Below the pieces are notes generated by a model. It made no database searches, was not told the DNA's origin, and saw only the letters and a program-made list of their open reading frames with translations. From Octopus vulgaris (Eukaryota), in assembly GCA_951406725.2 (NCBI GenBank), contig OX597832.1, forward strand, positions 42,408,001 to 42,472,000: DNA of 64,000 bases, given 5' to 3'. A program made the translations under genes and the position numbers. Below are positions 26,815 to 40,930 of the stretch, in pieces. How positions within the stretch are numbered: the stretch's first letter is position 1; every line of letters starts with the position of its first letter.

Positions 26815-26960
26815 ATCCTTTCTATCATAGGCACAATGCCTGCAATCTGGGGGGAGGGAACTAGTCAATTACATCGACCCCAGTGTTTCACTGGTACTTA
26901 ATGTATCGACTCCGAAAGGATGAAAGGCTAAGTCGACCTCGATGGAATTTGAACTCAGCT
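26815..26960 (-). mobile_element. SINE family B fragment
   Basis: ATCGACCCCAGTG...GAAAGGATGAAAGGC...GGAATTTGAACTCAG. Confidence 0.75.
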
Positions 26961-26971
26961 TGCCGCCTTTA

Positions 26972-27021
<50 letters not shown>

Positions 27022-27022
<1 letters not shown>

Positions 27023-27217
27023 GTAGTGGGGGAGCATCATAGCTGTGTGTCGAAAGGCATTCTTAGAGGTTTGGATAATTCACCTTTGGAAATATGGGTG
27101 GTTCGTTCAACATCCTTTTTGCTCAATAAATACTCACAATACCCGGTCTGGGAATCGAAACCGCGTTCTTACGACCGCGAGTCTGCTGCCCTGACCACTG
27201 GGCCATTGCGCCTCCAC
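27022..27217 (-). mobile_element. Family D-headed SINE with a different 3' tail ending in (TTA)n
   Basis: Minus strand GGAGGCGCAATGGCCCAGTGG...GGTTTCGATTCCCAGACCGGG, then GCTATGATGCTCCCCCACTACT and (TAT)n. Confidence 0.7.
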
Positions 27218-27821
27218 TCCGCTGTTGCTGCTGCTCGTGTTACTGTTACTCTTAATTGTTGGACTCGGAACCGTAATTAATGTAGCGTTCTCCTCCCCTT
27301 ACATGTGTAGGATGATGCCTTCTCTAGCTTTGTTAATGAAGGTGTTGGTTGTTGTTCTCCGCACCCCGCGATCTAATGAAGCTGGAAGCGGTCTGCGGCT
27401 CAGTTGTTACCTCCTCATTAAATCACTTCGTAGTGTTAATGCCGCCATAACTTTCAGCGGAAAAAGACCAGACGACAACGAAATAAAATTACAAAAATTA
27501 TGCTGCTCAGAGCAGAATTTGGAGCCCTCCCCGCCCCCATCCTAATCACCAAATTGAAACTGGTGTCACTTAATTAACTACTGAACCAAAAAATTTTCCC
27601 ACAATAAGCATTTTCCAAACAAAATTTGACAAACCTTCAGACCCAATGTAAACACGTCCGAATAAAATCGATAACAATATGACCCCGAGGACGACAGACA
27701 GACATACTCTCGAAATATTGTTCTGTTCAATAAATAGTCGGTCTTTATTACAAATCGTGGGGCGCGATCTTCTTTTTGTGTGTTTATCTTTATGACCTTT
27801 CGTCATATCATTATCATGAGA

Positions 27822-28460
27822 ATCGTTAGCTCGTTAAGTGCCAGTTACGTACCATGTAATCGACTTAGTCCGTTTGTCTGTTCTTGTTTGTCCCCTCTGT
27901 GTTTAGCCCCTTGTGAGTAGTAAAGAAATAGGTATTTCGTTCTTGTTTACATTCTGAGTTCAAACTCCAACGAGGTCGACTTTACCCCCCATCCTTTTGG
28001 GGTCGATAGAATAAGTCCAGTTGAGCACTGGGATCGATCTAATTGACTATCCTCCTCCCCTAAAATGTCAGGCCTTGTGCTTATAGTAGAAAAGATTATT
28101 ATTATTATTAATAAAGGAGCGAACTGGTAGAATCGTTAGCACGCCGGCCGAATTGCTTAACGGCATTTCGTCCGTTTTTACATTCTGAATTCAAATTCCA
28201 CCGGGATCGACTTTGCTTTTCATCCTTTCGGAATCGATAAATTAAGTACCAGTGAAATACTGGGGTCGATATATTCGACTGGACCCTCTCCCATAAAATT
28301 TCAGGCCTTGTGCCTATAGAAATCATTATTATTATAATTAGTGGTTTCTAATTTTGCCTGAAGGCCAGCAATTCTTCAGTGGAAGGGGTTTAGTCTACTA
28401 CATCGACTTCAGTGCTCAACTGGAACTTGATTTATCGACCTCAAAAGGATGAAAGGCAAT
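27822..28460. mobile_element. Cluster of family B SINEs (two plus-strand, one minus-strand)
   Basis: Family B domains at 27822-28095 (+), 28115-28322 (+), 28350-28460 (-). Confidence 0.8.
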
Positions 28461-29228
28461 TGTTTCAAATTGTGGCCCAAGAGCAGCACTTGAGTTTCCA
28501 GTGACACACACACACACACACACACACATACGACGGGCTTCTTTCAGTTTCCGTCTACTAAATAATAATTCAAAATAATAGCTGTTTCTCTCTGTCTTTC
28601 CGACTTGGCGCTCTTTCAATAATTCTTGAAGCAAGACATTTTGTGCAATTTGAAGAAAAAAAAAAAATCTCTTATGACGTTATTTCAATCACGATTTTTG
28701 AAGACAGAAAATTAAACGTTGATAAATTTGTTATTTTATTCTTTGCTTTATAATTTCATTTGAAAATTTCGATACATTTTAATTATGACGTCATATTTTG
28801 CCAATTTTCTGTAAATACGGTGTCGAATATTTTCAACTAATTTATTTTAGGAACCGTTAGAAAAGAAAGTGATTTTATTTTATTTATTCTTTGGATTCGT
28901 ATAAGGAAAAGTAAGGATTTTATTCTGTTTCTAGTCATTGTTTAGGTCTTCCTTGCATGCCCTCCACCCCCAACGCAAACCCCAAAATCAATACAAAAAC
29001 CCCTTTAACACGTCCTCTGAATATTTTATTATCTTAAATGGAACAGACTGTGCCATGAAAGCAAAAATATAAAGACAGAGAGACTGGAAGAAGGAAAAGA
29101 AAATGTCTGCACCCATTTGCGATAAACATCGAGCAAAAATGGTCGCAATTAATCCATATCTTAGTCGTCACTCGCAAGCGAATCTGATCCGGTAGCGTGT
29201 ACCAAAATTTCGCTGTTTGCCTCAAATT

Positions 29229-29540
29229 TTATTTAATTTGCTTTGCGGGAAGGATTGTTTCAATGAAGTCGTGTCTCGCCTTTGCCTTCGAAACACGGAG
29301 TAGACGAAGCAGAGGCGGCTGAAGAAGGGGAATTTTCCTTGTGTTGTATATCTTGTACTCTGTTTTTTCCTTGTTTAAAAAAATGTCCGTTTCCTTGGTT
29401 TTGTTTTTATGTTTTCGTTTCTCATTGTGTCGACGTTTTTTGGTGTCCTGTACCCATATATGCATGTATATACACATGTAGATGTAGGTACGTACATATA
29501 TGTATGTATATATGCATATGTTTTATTTATTATTTTGTTA
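29229..29540 (+). mobile_element. Family H3 element
   Basis: Reverse-complement homology to 10445-10692; contains CCTTCGAAACACGGAGTAGA and GGCTGAAGAAGGGG. Confidence 0.65.
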
Positions 29541-29772
29541 TATATATATAATTATATAATAATAAGAGTAAATAATTTCTTCGATGGTTTTTCAAAAAAC
29601 CAACAATTATTTACTGGTAGATTTCGGTATGTAAATATGACCATTAGCGGCAGGAACTTATGTGAAGTTCAGTATATATTGTATATAAGTAGAAGGGGCA
29701 GGCAACCTGTTGCCTACCCCTTCTACTTATATATAATTATATATATACATATATATATATTATATATATATG

Positions 29773-29913
<141 letters not shown>

Positions 29914-29915
29914 AA

Positions 29916-30092
29916 CGGGAAGGTTTACGAAAATAAACAAAAGACGAAGACAGGTGGAGTTCAAACAAACAAATGTATTAATAAAGCGCTCAGGAATAGA
30001 AATAGAAAAAGTCTTTTACGTTTCGAACCTACGCTCTTCGACAGAAAGATACACAGAAAAGAAACAAGGAGAGAAAAATTTGCGTGTAGGGG
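29916..30092 (-). mobile_element. Family H1 element embedded in (TA)n
   Basis: Minus strand TCTTTCTGTCGAAGAGCGTAGGTTCGAAACGTAAAAGA; (TA)n on both sides. Confidence 0.75.
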
Positions 30093-30154
<62 letters not shown>

Positions 30155-30400
30155 TATGTATATATATTTATATATATATATATATATATTATATGTATAT
30201 ACATATATTATATATGTATATATATAATTATGCACACACACACACATATCGGATATGCACACACCCTATTTTTTTTATACAGTCAGCACAATTCAAGAAG
30301 GGGTCGGCTGATGTAAAACCCTTAAGAGGGGTAACTTAATGCCGCACAATTTTCTACTTGTCACCCCCTGCTCTCGTATCCATTTTCCCCCCTTCACTGT

Positions 30401-30435
<35 letters not shown>

Positions 30436-30536
30436 ATATTATATTATTTTTCTGAGAATGCTACTAAAGTTACTCAGAGTAACTCGTAGTTTTCTTAGCT
30501 GTCCGTCTGACTGATTCCTTGTCTGTCTCACCCACC

Positions 30537-31136
<600 letters not shown>

Positions 31137-31416
31137 ATAAATACATACATAAATGCATATATGTCTGAGTAGATATCTGTGCCGTTAAAAAAATATGGTT
31201 GACACGAATTTTTGAGGGGAGGGGGACGCTTGTAGAAAAAAAAAAGTGTTCACTTCGTATTCTTGGTATTTATTATATATTTATTATTTTGTGATGTGGG
31301 TATTGTTTTTGCTGTTTTTGTTTTTCGTTTTCATGTTCCGTGTCTATATTTCTTGCATAGTCTCTCCTCTGTGGGTCCTACGAAACCCTTCCTGACCTCC
31401 ACCTCCCCTCCTCCCC

Positions 31417-31448
<32 letters not shown>

Positions 31449-31534
31449 CACACTCGGTTCTTTGTCGTTCTCACCTCTACCCCGCCACCCCACCAATCCT
31501 GGTACGGCACAGTTGTGTCGTGCTGTAACTCTTA

Positions 31535-32183
31535 TGACGATGACTATGACGACGACCACCACCACCAAAACCACCAGCATCACCGCCACTACCAGCACCA
31601 TCAGCACCAGCACCGGCAGCACCACCAAAACCACCACCACCACCACCACCGCTACCACCACCGCCGCCGGCACCACCACCACCACCACCACCACCACCAC
31701 CACCACCACTACCACAACCACCAGTACCACCACTACCACAACCACCAGTACCACCACCACCACCAAAACTACTGCCACCACCACCACCACCACCATTCCT
31801 CGAACTCATCATCGTCGTTGTCGGTGTCGTCGTAATCATCATCATTGTCATCATCATCATCAATATCCCTATCATAAGTATCAATCGTCCCCACCCCCCA
31901 ATATCACATATTTACCACACCCATCATCATCATCGTCACCATCGTCATCATCATCATCATCATCATCAAAATCATCATTGTCATCGTCATGATCATGATC
32001 ATGACAATGATGATGAGGATGATGAGGCTGGTGATGATGATGATGATCACGACACGACGACCACCACCACGGTGCCTGTCGTTATTTGTAGCACCACCCT
32101 GGACCACCGTATCAGTGGTGTTATCATCAGTACTACTAATTGTTGCTTCTATTGACGCCGCCGCTGCCACCATCACCACCATC

Positions 32184-32275
<92 letters not shown>

Positions 32276-32428
32276 AACTACTACTGCTACTACTTCAAAG
32301 AAGACAAGAATGCAGTTTCAACCACAACCACCACCACCTCCAACACCTTCAACACGACGACCACCACGACGACGACGACGACGACGACCAACACCACCAC
32401 CAACAACAACACCACCACCACCACCACC

Positions 32429-32460
<32 letters not shown>

Positions 32461-32510
32461 CAACAGCAACAACACCATCACCCTCCACGACGACGACGAC
32501 CACCAACAAC
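31535..32510. repeat. Compound trinucleotide tract (CAC/CAT/GAT/TAC/CAA)
   Basis: Direct reading. Confidence 0.9.
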
Positions 32511-32899
32511 AGAACCATTCCTACTGCCACCCACAATCAAATCCACAACAACCACTTTCATCGCTGTTATTACAAACACAAACAACATAGCCTTTACCCG
32601 CCACACCACCCCACCGCCTGTCTTCACCATGGCCACCACGACCACGCTGCTACTACAACCAAAACAACCCACCATCCACCATCCACCCCATGCCACCTTC
32701 TCCTTCTGCCTACACAACCACTCCCACTACGACAACAAACAAAACCACTAATACCAACCACCACCACCATCGGCACCTCTTTATAACATTCCACAAAGCA
32801 TGTCTGATTTAAAGCAAAAAAATTATCCCGTTCTTTTGTTGCGTGTGTATACGTCTGTATATATATATATATCCATGTGTAAATGTGTGCTCGTGTATG

Positions 32900-32944
<45 letters not shown>

Positions 32945-33129
32945 ACGTGTGTGTGTGTGCGCGTATGTATAAGTATGTATACATATACGTATATGTATAT
33001 AGATTTGTATATATATATAAATATATATATATATGTATATATGAATATATGTGTATATATATGAATACTTATGGATGTATGTATATATATGAATATATGT
33101 ATATATATATGAATACTTATGGATATATG

Positions 33130-33172
<43 letters not shown>

Positions 33173-33213
33173 TTATATATGTGTGTATATATAAATACTT
33201 ATGGATATATGTT

Positions 33214-33275
<62 letters not shown>

Positions 33276-33418
33276 AACACACATATATGTATGTGTATAT
33301 ATATGTATATACATGTATATATGTGTGTGTGTGTGTATGTGTACGTGTGTAGATGCTTGTGGTTGTGTGCGTTGGTGTCGAACGGTATGTCGAGGCGTGT
33401 ATAGATTTTTATATTAAA

Positions 33419-33453
<35 letters not shown>

Positions 33454-33901
33454 TGGTGTTTGTCGGTGCGTTTGAATACGCATTGTTGTATATATATTTT
33501 CAGGTGGGTGTGTATCTGCGTGTGCATAGTTTTTGGCTTCTATTTATTGCTTGTCAACGTGTGTATACAAGACCCCGTGCCTGCGAGTATATTTGTAATA
33601 TATATATATTTCTGTGTAGGTGGGTCTGTACGACGTATTTATGTGCATCTCTGTAGCATGAATGCGTGGGTACGAGGGGAGCGCTATAGCTTTAAGGGTA
33701 TCGCCAAACGCCTGATTGGAGGCCCAACCTTCCGTGTGTTTTTTCTTTACAGGGGTTAGAAAAACTAAAGGACCGCCGCAGTAAGTGTGCGAATCTGATA
33801 AGGGAATATGTTGAGTAAAATCATAATTATATGATCCTCCTGAATTTTCTTTTAGCCAAAGCCAAGAAATTTTCAGTCCCCTCTCCTATGTGTGTGTTTC
33901 C

Positions 33902-33932
<31 letters not shown>

Positions 33933-34147
33933 CTCTTTACTCTTTTACTCTTTTACTTGTTTCAGTCATTTTGACTGCGGCCATGCTGGAGCACCGCCTT
34001 TAGTCGAGCAAATCGACCCCGAGACTTATTCTTTGTAAGCCCAGTACTTATTCTATCGGTCACTTTTGCCGAACCGCTAAGTGACGGGGACGTAAACACA
34101 CCAGCATCGGTTGTCAAGCAATGCTAGGGGACAAACACAGACACAAT

Positions 34148-34193
<46 letters not shown>

Positions 34194-34221
34194 CGACAGG
34201 CTTCTTTCAGTTTCCGTCTAC

Positions 34222-34226
<5 letters not shown>
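33933..34226 (-). mobile_element. SINE family A, 3' portion
   Basis: (CTCTTTTA)n tail and family A body; breaks at TACCAAAT into (TA)n. Confidence 0.85.
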
Positions 34227-34289
<63 letters not shown>

Positions 34290-34293
<4 letters not shown>

Positions 34294-34503
34294 ATCCAAA
34301 CAAGAAAGCACAAAAAAAAAAAAAACAGAACAACGCGAGGACGTGGAACAAATATAGTATTATTGGACGCTCAGGAAAGAAGGAAAGAAGGACGGTTTAA
34401 CGTTTCGAGCGAAGCTCTTCGTCGAAAACATAGGAGAAGGAAAGATCCAGAGAAGGGAAGACGGAGGAAAATTAATCGCCAACGGTACACACGCGGTCAC
34501 ACA
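34290..34503 (-). mobile_element. Divergent H1-like element embedded in (TA)n
   Basis: Minus strand GTTT-TCGACGAA-GAGC-TTC-GCTC-GAAACGTT-AAAC followed by CCTGAGCG. Confidence 0.65.
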
Positions 34504-34532
34504 CATATATATATATATACATATATATTTAT

Positions 34533-34874
34533 AATTATAACAATAAGGGTTTTTTGCAACAAGTTGCTTAACCACATACTGAAAATTTTAGAAATAGCAG
34601 CCAAAGGACTACTATTTCCTTTTACTACAAAAATATAATCCAGAAATGAACCTTATGATTCTAATCCAGAAACGTGCGTCCATAATTAATCGAAGACTGT
34701 TTGATTACATTATTTTTCTTAATTTTTTTTGGCATATGTGAGTTACAAATATTGTTGTCTGTGGAGACATATTTTTGTAGTAAAAGGAAATCGTAGTCCT
34801 TTGGCTGCTATTTCTAAAATTTTCGGAATGTGGTCAAGCAACTTGTTGCTAAAAAAAACCTTATTGTTATAATT
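34533..34874. repeat. Foldback element, ~105 bp inverted arms
   Basis: AATTATAACAATAAGG...TACTACAAAAATAT (34533-34636) inverted with 34769-34874. Confidence 0.85.
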
Positions 34875-34993
34875 TTATAATTGTATAAGTTTTTACCGAA
34901 TATGGTCCTTTTCCATACCGAAATACTACTAGGTGAAATTTGTTGATTTTATTAAATTAATTATATTTCACCCTATATCTGTATACAATACAG

Positions 34994-35063
<70 letters not shown>

Positions 35064-35759
35064 GTACGGGCGTGTGTGTGTGGGGGGAAGGCAACTCAAT
35101 GCTATTAACACCAATATCCAACTATGCAAAACAGTGAAATTTTGGCCTCTTGCTGTCAACAGAATCGTCATATAACACCAGCTGGAACACCACCACCACC
35201 ACCACCACCACCACCACCGCCACCACCACCACCACCGCCACCGCCATCACCACCAGCATACTAGTACTACCACCTGTACAGCCATCGGCATTATCACTAG
35301 AATCACCAAAATTATCACCGTCCCTGTACCATTCATTCGCTATTGTGAGACAGAAGTAGGTCATATTTTTTGAATACGTCACACCAATATATTAGATAAT
35401 TCCTCAATTAGAATCACTAATTTATCATGAAATATGGAAAATACTTATTAATTGAACAATCACTGTGGCAACGTTTATTGTAATGAGCATAAAACGATCA
35501 AAAGAGGAAATATTTATGCTTTGATAAATACACAACGTTAGTTAAACGACTTAGTATTGTAATTATTTTGGTAAGTAAGGGAAACAACTCAGGACATGTT
35601 TTTGAATTATCAAACTCTTCAGCGAAAGAGATATCGCAGTACATTGTTGAAGTTAAAATGAGAGAATCACTGAGTGAATATTCAATATTTGTATGTGGAT
35701 AGGCGTGAAAAATAACATGTAAAAAAGAAATCTATGATGTTTGTAGTGGACAGTTTTCT

Positions 35760-35852
35760 ATTCCATAATCTATTCCTGGTGAAGAGCTCCGCTCGAACCG
35801 TGAAATCCTCTTTCTTTTCTTTCCTTTCCTGAGCATCTAATAACACTGTACT

Positions 35853-35855
<3 letters not shown>
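35760..35855 (+). mobile_element. Divergent H1-like fragment
   Basis: CTGGTGAAGAGCTCCGCTCGAACCGT...CCTGAGCA then (TA)n. Confidence 0.5.
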
Positions 35856-35893
<38 letters not shown>

Positions 35894-35930
35894 GTGTGTG
35901 TATATGATCCAAAACATAGATCAAAAACAT

Positions 35931-36034
35931 ACCAAATCCTATAGTAGAAAACACTTGGCCAAGGTGCCACGCAGTGGGACTGAACCCGGAACCATGTTGT
36001 TAGTAAGCAAGCTACTTACCACACAGCCACTCCT
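35931..36034 (-). mobile_element. SINE family A, 5' portion
   Basis: CAAGGTGCCACGCAGTGGGACTGAACCCGGAACCATG...CACACAGCCACTCCT. Confidence 0.8.
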
Positions 36035-36399
36035 GTTTTTGATCATGAACAACGTTAAACCTTGAGGCTATTGTCTTAATCGATAAGTGAAATGGTGCTG
36101 TACACGAAACAGCAAATAAAAAAATAATAAAATAAAATAAAAATAAGTTTGAAATTTTTGGTGCTTTCGACACATTATGATACCTGCCAATCTCTAGCAT
36201 AGAATTTCCACAAATCAAAGAAGTCTATAGGGAATTAAAGACAAAGGTAGGTGAGACAATATTTTCAGTGACTGGAATGGGTATCTTTTGCACATCCATG
36301 CAGTCTTTTCCATTCGTTTTAGGTTTAATAAATAGCCACTCCTACGCCTATATAGGTAGGAGGTCTGCAATTTCTGGAGCGTGAACAGTCGCTTACATT

Positions 36400-36962
36400 A
36401 ATTAACCCGAGTACTTGAGTATTATTTCATTTTATTGGCCCCCAAAAGGATGAAAGGCAAAGTCGACCTTGGCAGAATTTGAACTCAGAACGTTAAGAGC
36501 CAGAAGAAATGCCGTTATGTATTTTATCCTACGCGGTAACTCTTCTGCGAGCTATTAATCCTTTCTGCAACAGGCACAAGGCCTGAAATTTTGCGCAACT
36601 GGTCCTTATTTCATCGAACCCGGTGTGCTAACGATTCTTTTCTACTATAGGCACAAGACCCAAAATTTAGTGGGAGGAGGCCAGTCAATTTAATCGACCC
36701 CAGTAAGCAACTGGTATTTAATTTATCTATTTCTTTACTACCCACAAGGGGCTAAACACAGAGAGGATAAACAAGGACAGACAAACGGATTAAGTCGATT
36801 ATATCGACCCCAGTGCGTAACTGGTACTTATTTAATCGACCCCGAAAGGATGAAAGGCAAGAATCGACCTCGGTGAAATTTGAGCTCAGAGCGTAAGGAC
36901 GGACGAAGTGCCTTCTAGGCGTTTTGCCCGGTGCGCTAACGATTCTGCCAGCTCGCCGCCTT
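36400..36962 (-). mobile_element. Cluster of family B SINEs
   Basis: Repeated GGATGAAAGGCAA / TTCTGCCAGCTCGCCGCC motifs. Confidence 0.8.
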
Positions 36963-37242
36963 CCTACGAGTGAGTAATGCCAGCTAAATTGAAAAACTAT
37001 CTACATAAGTTCAGTTATGTAACGGATTGGTGGGCTGACTGTGATAAAGTACTGTTACATTACCAAATGTAGGCGTATTTATGGCTTTGTCTTTAATATA
37101 TATATATATATTTTCCTTTAAAGCTAAATTCTTCACATATTTACTATACTGAGAGATACTTTGTAACAGACACGAGCAACCTTGAAGCGGTGACGGGCGG
37201 GGTACATACGAGGTCACTTAGCATGCTAGAAATAGCAGCCAA

Positions 37243-37279
<37 letters not shown>

Positions 37280-37576
37280 CTCATCCTCTCTCTTTCTCCC
37301 TCTCTCTCTTTCTCTCTCAAGTCACACACTGCTATCTCGCAAAAGAGGCGAAAACATTGGGTAATGTATGCCTCGATGGACAATGTCCAAGAGAAGCATA
37401 TGTTAGACATGAGAAGATTGTTATTGATCTGATTATCTGCGCAGTCAGGATCGATCTTGGAGCCAAACGACAACAGTAACAACAACAACAAAGTGTTATA
37501 TGTGTGTGTAAATATCAAGAGAAGCGTACAGCCAGGTCCGGGAAAAGGAGCTTCGTGTATAGTATTTATATATATA

Positions 37577-37980
37577 GGCTCAGGAGTGGCTGTGTGGTAA
37601 GTAGCTTGCTTCCCAACTACATGGTTCCGGGTTCAGTCCCACTGCGTGGCACCTTGGGCAAGTGTCTTCTGCTATAGTCTCGGGCTGACCAAAGCCTTGT
37701 GAGTGGATTTGGTAGACAGAAACTGAAAGAAGCCCGTCTTATATATATGTATTTGTTTGTGTGTCTGTGTTTGTCTCCCCCCCCCCAACATCGCGTGGCA
37801 ACCGATGCTGGTGTGTTTACGTCCCCATAACTTAGCGGTTCGGCAAAAGTGACCGATAGAATAAATACTAGGCTTACAAAGAATAAGTCCTGTGGTCGAT
37901 TTTCTCGACTAAAGGCGCTGTTCCAGCATGGCCGCCGTCAAATGACTGAAACAAGTAAAAGAGTAAAAGAGTAAAAGAGT
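37577..37980 (+). mobile_element. SINE family A, full-length reference copy
   Basis: TGGCTGTGTGG A box, GGGTTCAGTCCC B box, CORE-like CCTTGGGCAAGTGTCTT, internal (TA/TG)n, tail ending (GTAAAAGA)n. Confidence 0.9.
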
Positions 37981-37987
37981 ATATTTA

Positions 37988-38027
<40 letters not shown>

Positions 38028-38765
38028 TCTACATACACGTGTTTCGTATGCTTGGTTCTATGTCTATTTGGGCATCGTTCTTTTATACCTTAATCTCACA
38101 CTCTGTCAGCCATCCGCCGTCTACCACCCATCCTATCCCCTCCCCCTCACGTAAAGGCCCCACCCCATACGCTGTCTCTGTGATGGGAACTGTCATGCAG
38201 TCTCGAGCGTTGCATCACAATTGTCTCTCACACTCACACCCTAACACTCGCCCTCGACCCCACAGCTACTTCTCAACAAGTACTCACCCTCCACCACCCG
38301 ACGGGGAGCCCCCCGTGTGATGATGCCGGGATAGGTTTGGCTTCTAAGTATTTAGGTCATACTCATATGTAGAACATAACACATTCACAGATATAACACA
38401 AGTCACAGGCACAAACACACACACACACACACACACACATGCACATACGGCCGCTGAGGAAAGCCACCGTTACAAATGTTGTCGGGAGGAGGAAACATAA
38501 CGCTTTACTTAAGAGAAAGGCTGTGTGAATCCAGGTGGTGGTGGGCATCGGTGGAATGTCTGGGTAGTGTGCACTATACAGCTGGGCAAACGCTTTTTGC
38601 GTGTTGTTAGACTGAAGAGAAGAATAGGAAGGGGAAAAGGAAGAGGAGGAAGAAACGTTGGATGGAGACAGAAGAGTATTTTCCCATCGACACACTCTTG
38701 CACAGACATATGTACACATTCACGGGCGCACCCGCATATATACTTTGATATGTCTATATGTGTAC

Positions 38766-38800
<35 letters not shown>

Positions 38801-39496
38801 CATACATACATACACACTCATACACATACATATGTCGTTACTCAGAATTTTATATCAGAGGTAATATTCAGATATGGGTTATTGGTGGTAGGAATTTTAT
38901 ATAGAGAGATGATACAGCAGTAATGGGATGCTCTACCGCGAACTCATGGCTGGCCTCACGCAGGCTGCTTATAGGCTAGATTTTGCCGGCGGTCTTACAA
39001 TCTCTGCATGGCGAATTAACCCGGTTCAAGTGTCCGTTTGTAATTATAGAGGCAAAACTTGTTCTTGTGACGACACGTACTGATTGATTAGGTACTTCTA
39101 TTTTGGTAGTGTGTTTTAGTAAATATCTTGAATGGGTTATCATTTCAGAGACTGCTGAAAGTTTCTCCGTTTTTTTTTCTTTTTAATATTTACTGCTGTG
39201 GACAAAATTGGACCTGGAATTTAAAAAATTATTCTAGATATTCGTAGTTGCTATACAGAGCTCGGGGGAGAAGTGGCGTTCCGCTCACGGTGTATTTCCG
39301 ATTATAAATAGATCCCCCGAGAAGTACAGCCATTGAGGTTTGACTAAGAAATAAATAATTCATCATATGTTTTGTCAGTTGGTCAAATCCAGTTTACGAG
39401 AGTTAGGGAACAAAAAATTATACCAACATCAATAAGATACCATATTTTATCGGACTCTGAGTATACTTACGGGGCCAAAAAATTTCCACTATTACA

Positions 39497-40027
39497 AATA
39501 CCTATTTCTTTACTACGCTAAACACAGAGAGGACAAACAAGGACAGACAAACGGATTAAGTCGATTACATCGACCCCAGTGAGTAACTGGTACTTAGTTA
39601 ATCGACTCCGAAAGGATGAAAGGCAAAGTCGACCTCGGTGGAATTTGAACTCAGAACGTAACGGCAGACGAAATACCTATTTCTTTATTACCCACAAGGG
39701 GCTAAACACAGAGAGGACAAACAAGGACAGACAACCACACACACACACAGACACACATACACACATACACACACATACACACACACATATATACGGTGCC
39801 CTTGTTTTCAGTTTCAGCCTACCAAATCCACTCACAAGGCTTTGGTTGACCCGGGGTTATTGCAGAAAACACTCGCCCAAGGAACTTGAACCCGGAACAC
39901 GTTGAGAAGTAATAAAAAAATGTAGATGCAGGCGCAATCAGGACTGTGTGGTAAGAAGTTTGCTCTCCAAACGCATGGTTCCGGGTTCAGTACCAATGAG
40001 TGGCACCTTGAACAAATGTCTTCTACA
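39497..40027. mobile_element. Family B (minus) and family A fragments (minus then plus)
   Basis: Family motifs at 39497-39735, 39790-39900, 39928-40027. Confidence 0.75.
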
Positions 40028-40081
40028 ACAACGCACACACATACACACAGACACACACAGACACACACACTCACACACACG

Positions 40082-40126
<45 letters not shown>

Positions 40127-40172
40127 ACACACACACTCGCACGCACACACACACACTCACACACTCACACAA

Positions 40173-40207
<35 letters not shown>

Positions 40208-40388
40208 CACACACTCACAGTATGTTTCTTGATATCTTGCTATGTGTAAACTTTTTTCTCAAGACGGAAAGCTAACGACAAAAGCAACAACAATAACAAC
40301 AACAGGACAAAATTTTTACTCAAAACCGGGTCAAATCTTAACAGATGTCTGTTCATTATTTAAAGCGTATGCGAAACATGTAAGCGTG

Positions 40389-40449
<61 letters not shown>

Positions 40450-40663
40450 ACTGCTGTTGTTGTTGTTGTTGTTGTTGTTAAGCAACAAGACGGGTAAGGG
40501 TGGTTAGGTGATGGTCTAGGGCTTAGGGGGCGGGAGACTCCAGAACCTTGTAGTCGAGGGCTCTTCGTTGACGCCCGACACCTCTGGGAGGTGGCCCTCG
40601 AAGTCGCTGGAAATGGAGATCTCCAAGGTCCAAATTCTTAAACGGCTGCTGCTGTTGCTGCTG

Positions 40664-40712
<49 letters not shown>

Positions 40713-40739
40713 ACACATACATCGTGTATGTATTTTATC

Positions 40740-40930
40740 TTTTGCTTGTTTCTGTCATTAGACTAAGGCCACCGAAGGGATCGACCTCGGTGCTTATCTC
40801 TTTGTAAAGCCTGCTACCTAATCATTTGGTCTCTTTTGCCGAACCGCTAAGTTACTGGAACGTAAACACACGAACATCGGTTGTCAAGCAGTAGTTGGTG
40901 ACAAACAGAGACACAAAGACAGTCACACAC
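40740..40930 (-). mobile_element. SINE family A, degenerate 3' part
   Basis: TTTTGCCGAACCGCTAAGTTAC...CATCGGTTGTCAAGC. Confidence 0.75.

Noticed and set aside
31263-32786. His/Thr/Pro/Gly-rich ORFs resembling mucins or His-rich proteins
   Set aside because: Open in several frames on both strands; pure trinucleotide repeats without splice or codon evidence
38928-39085. Short ORF MLYRELMAGLTQAAYRLDFAGG...
   Set aside because: About 50 codons, no homology recognised, expected by chance
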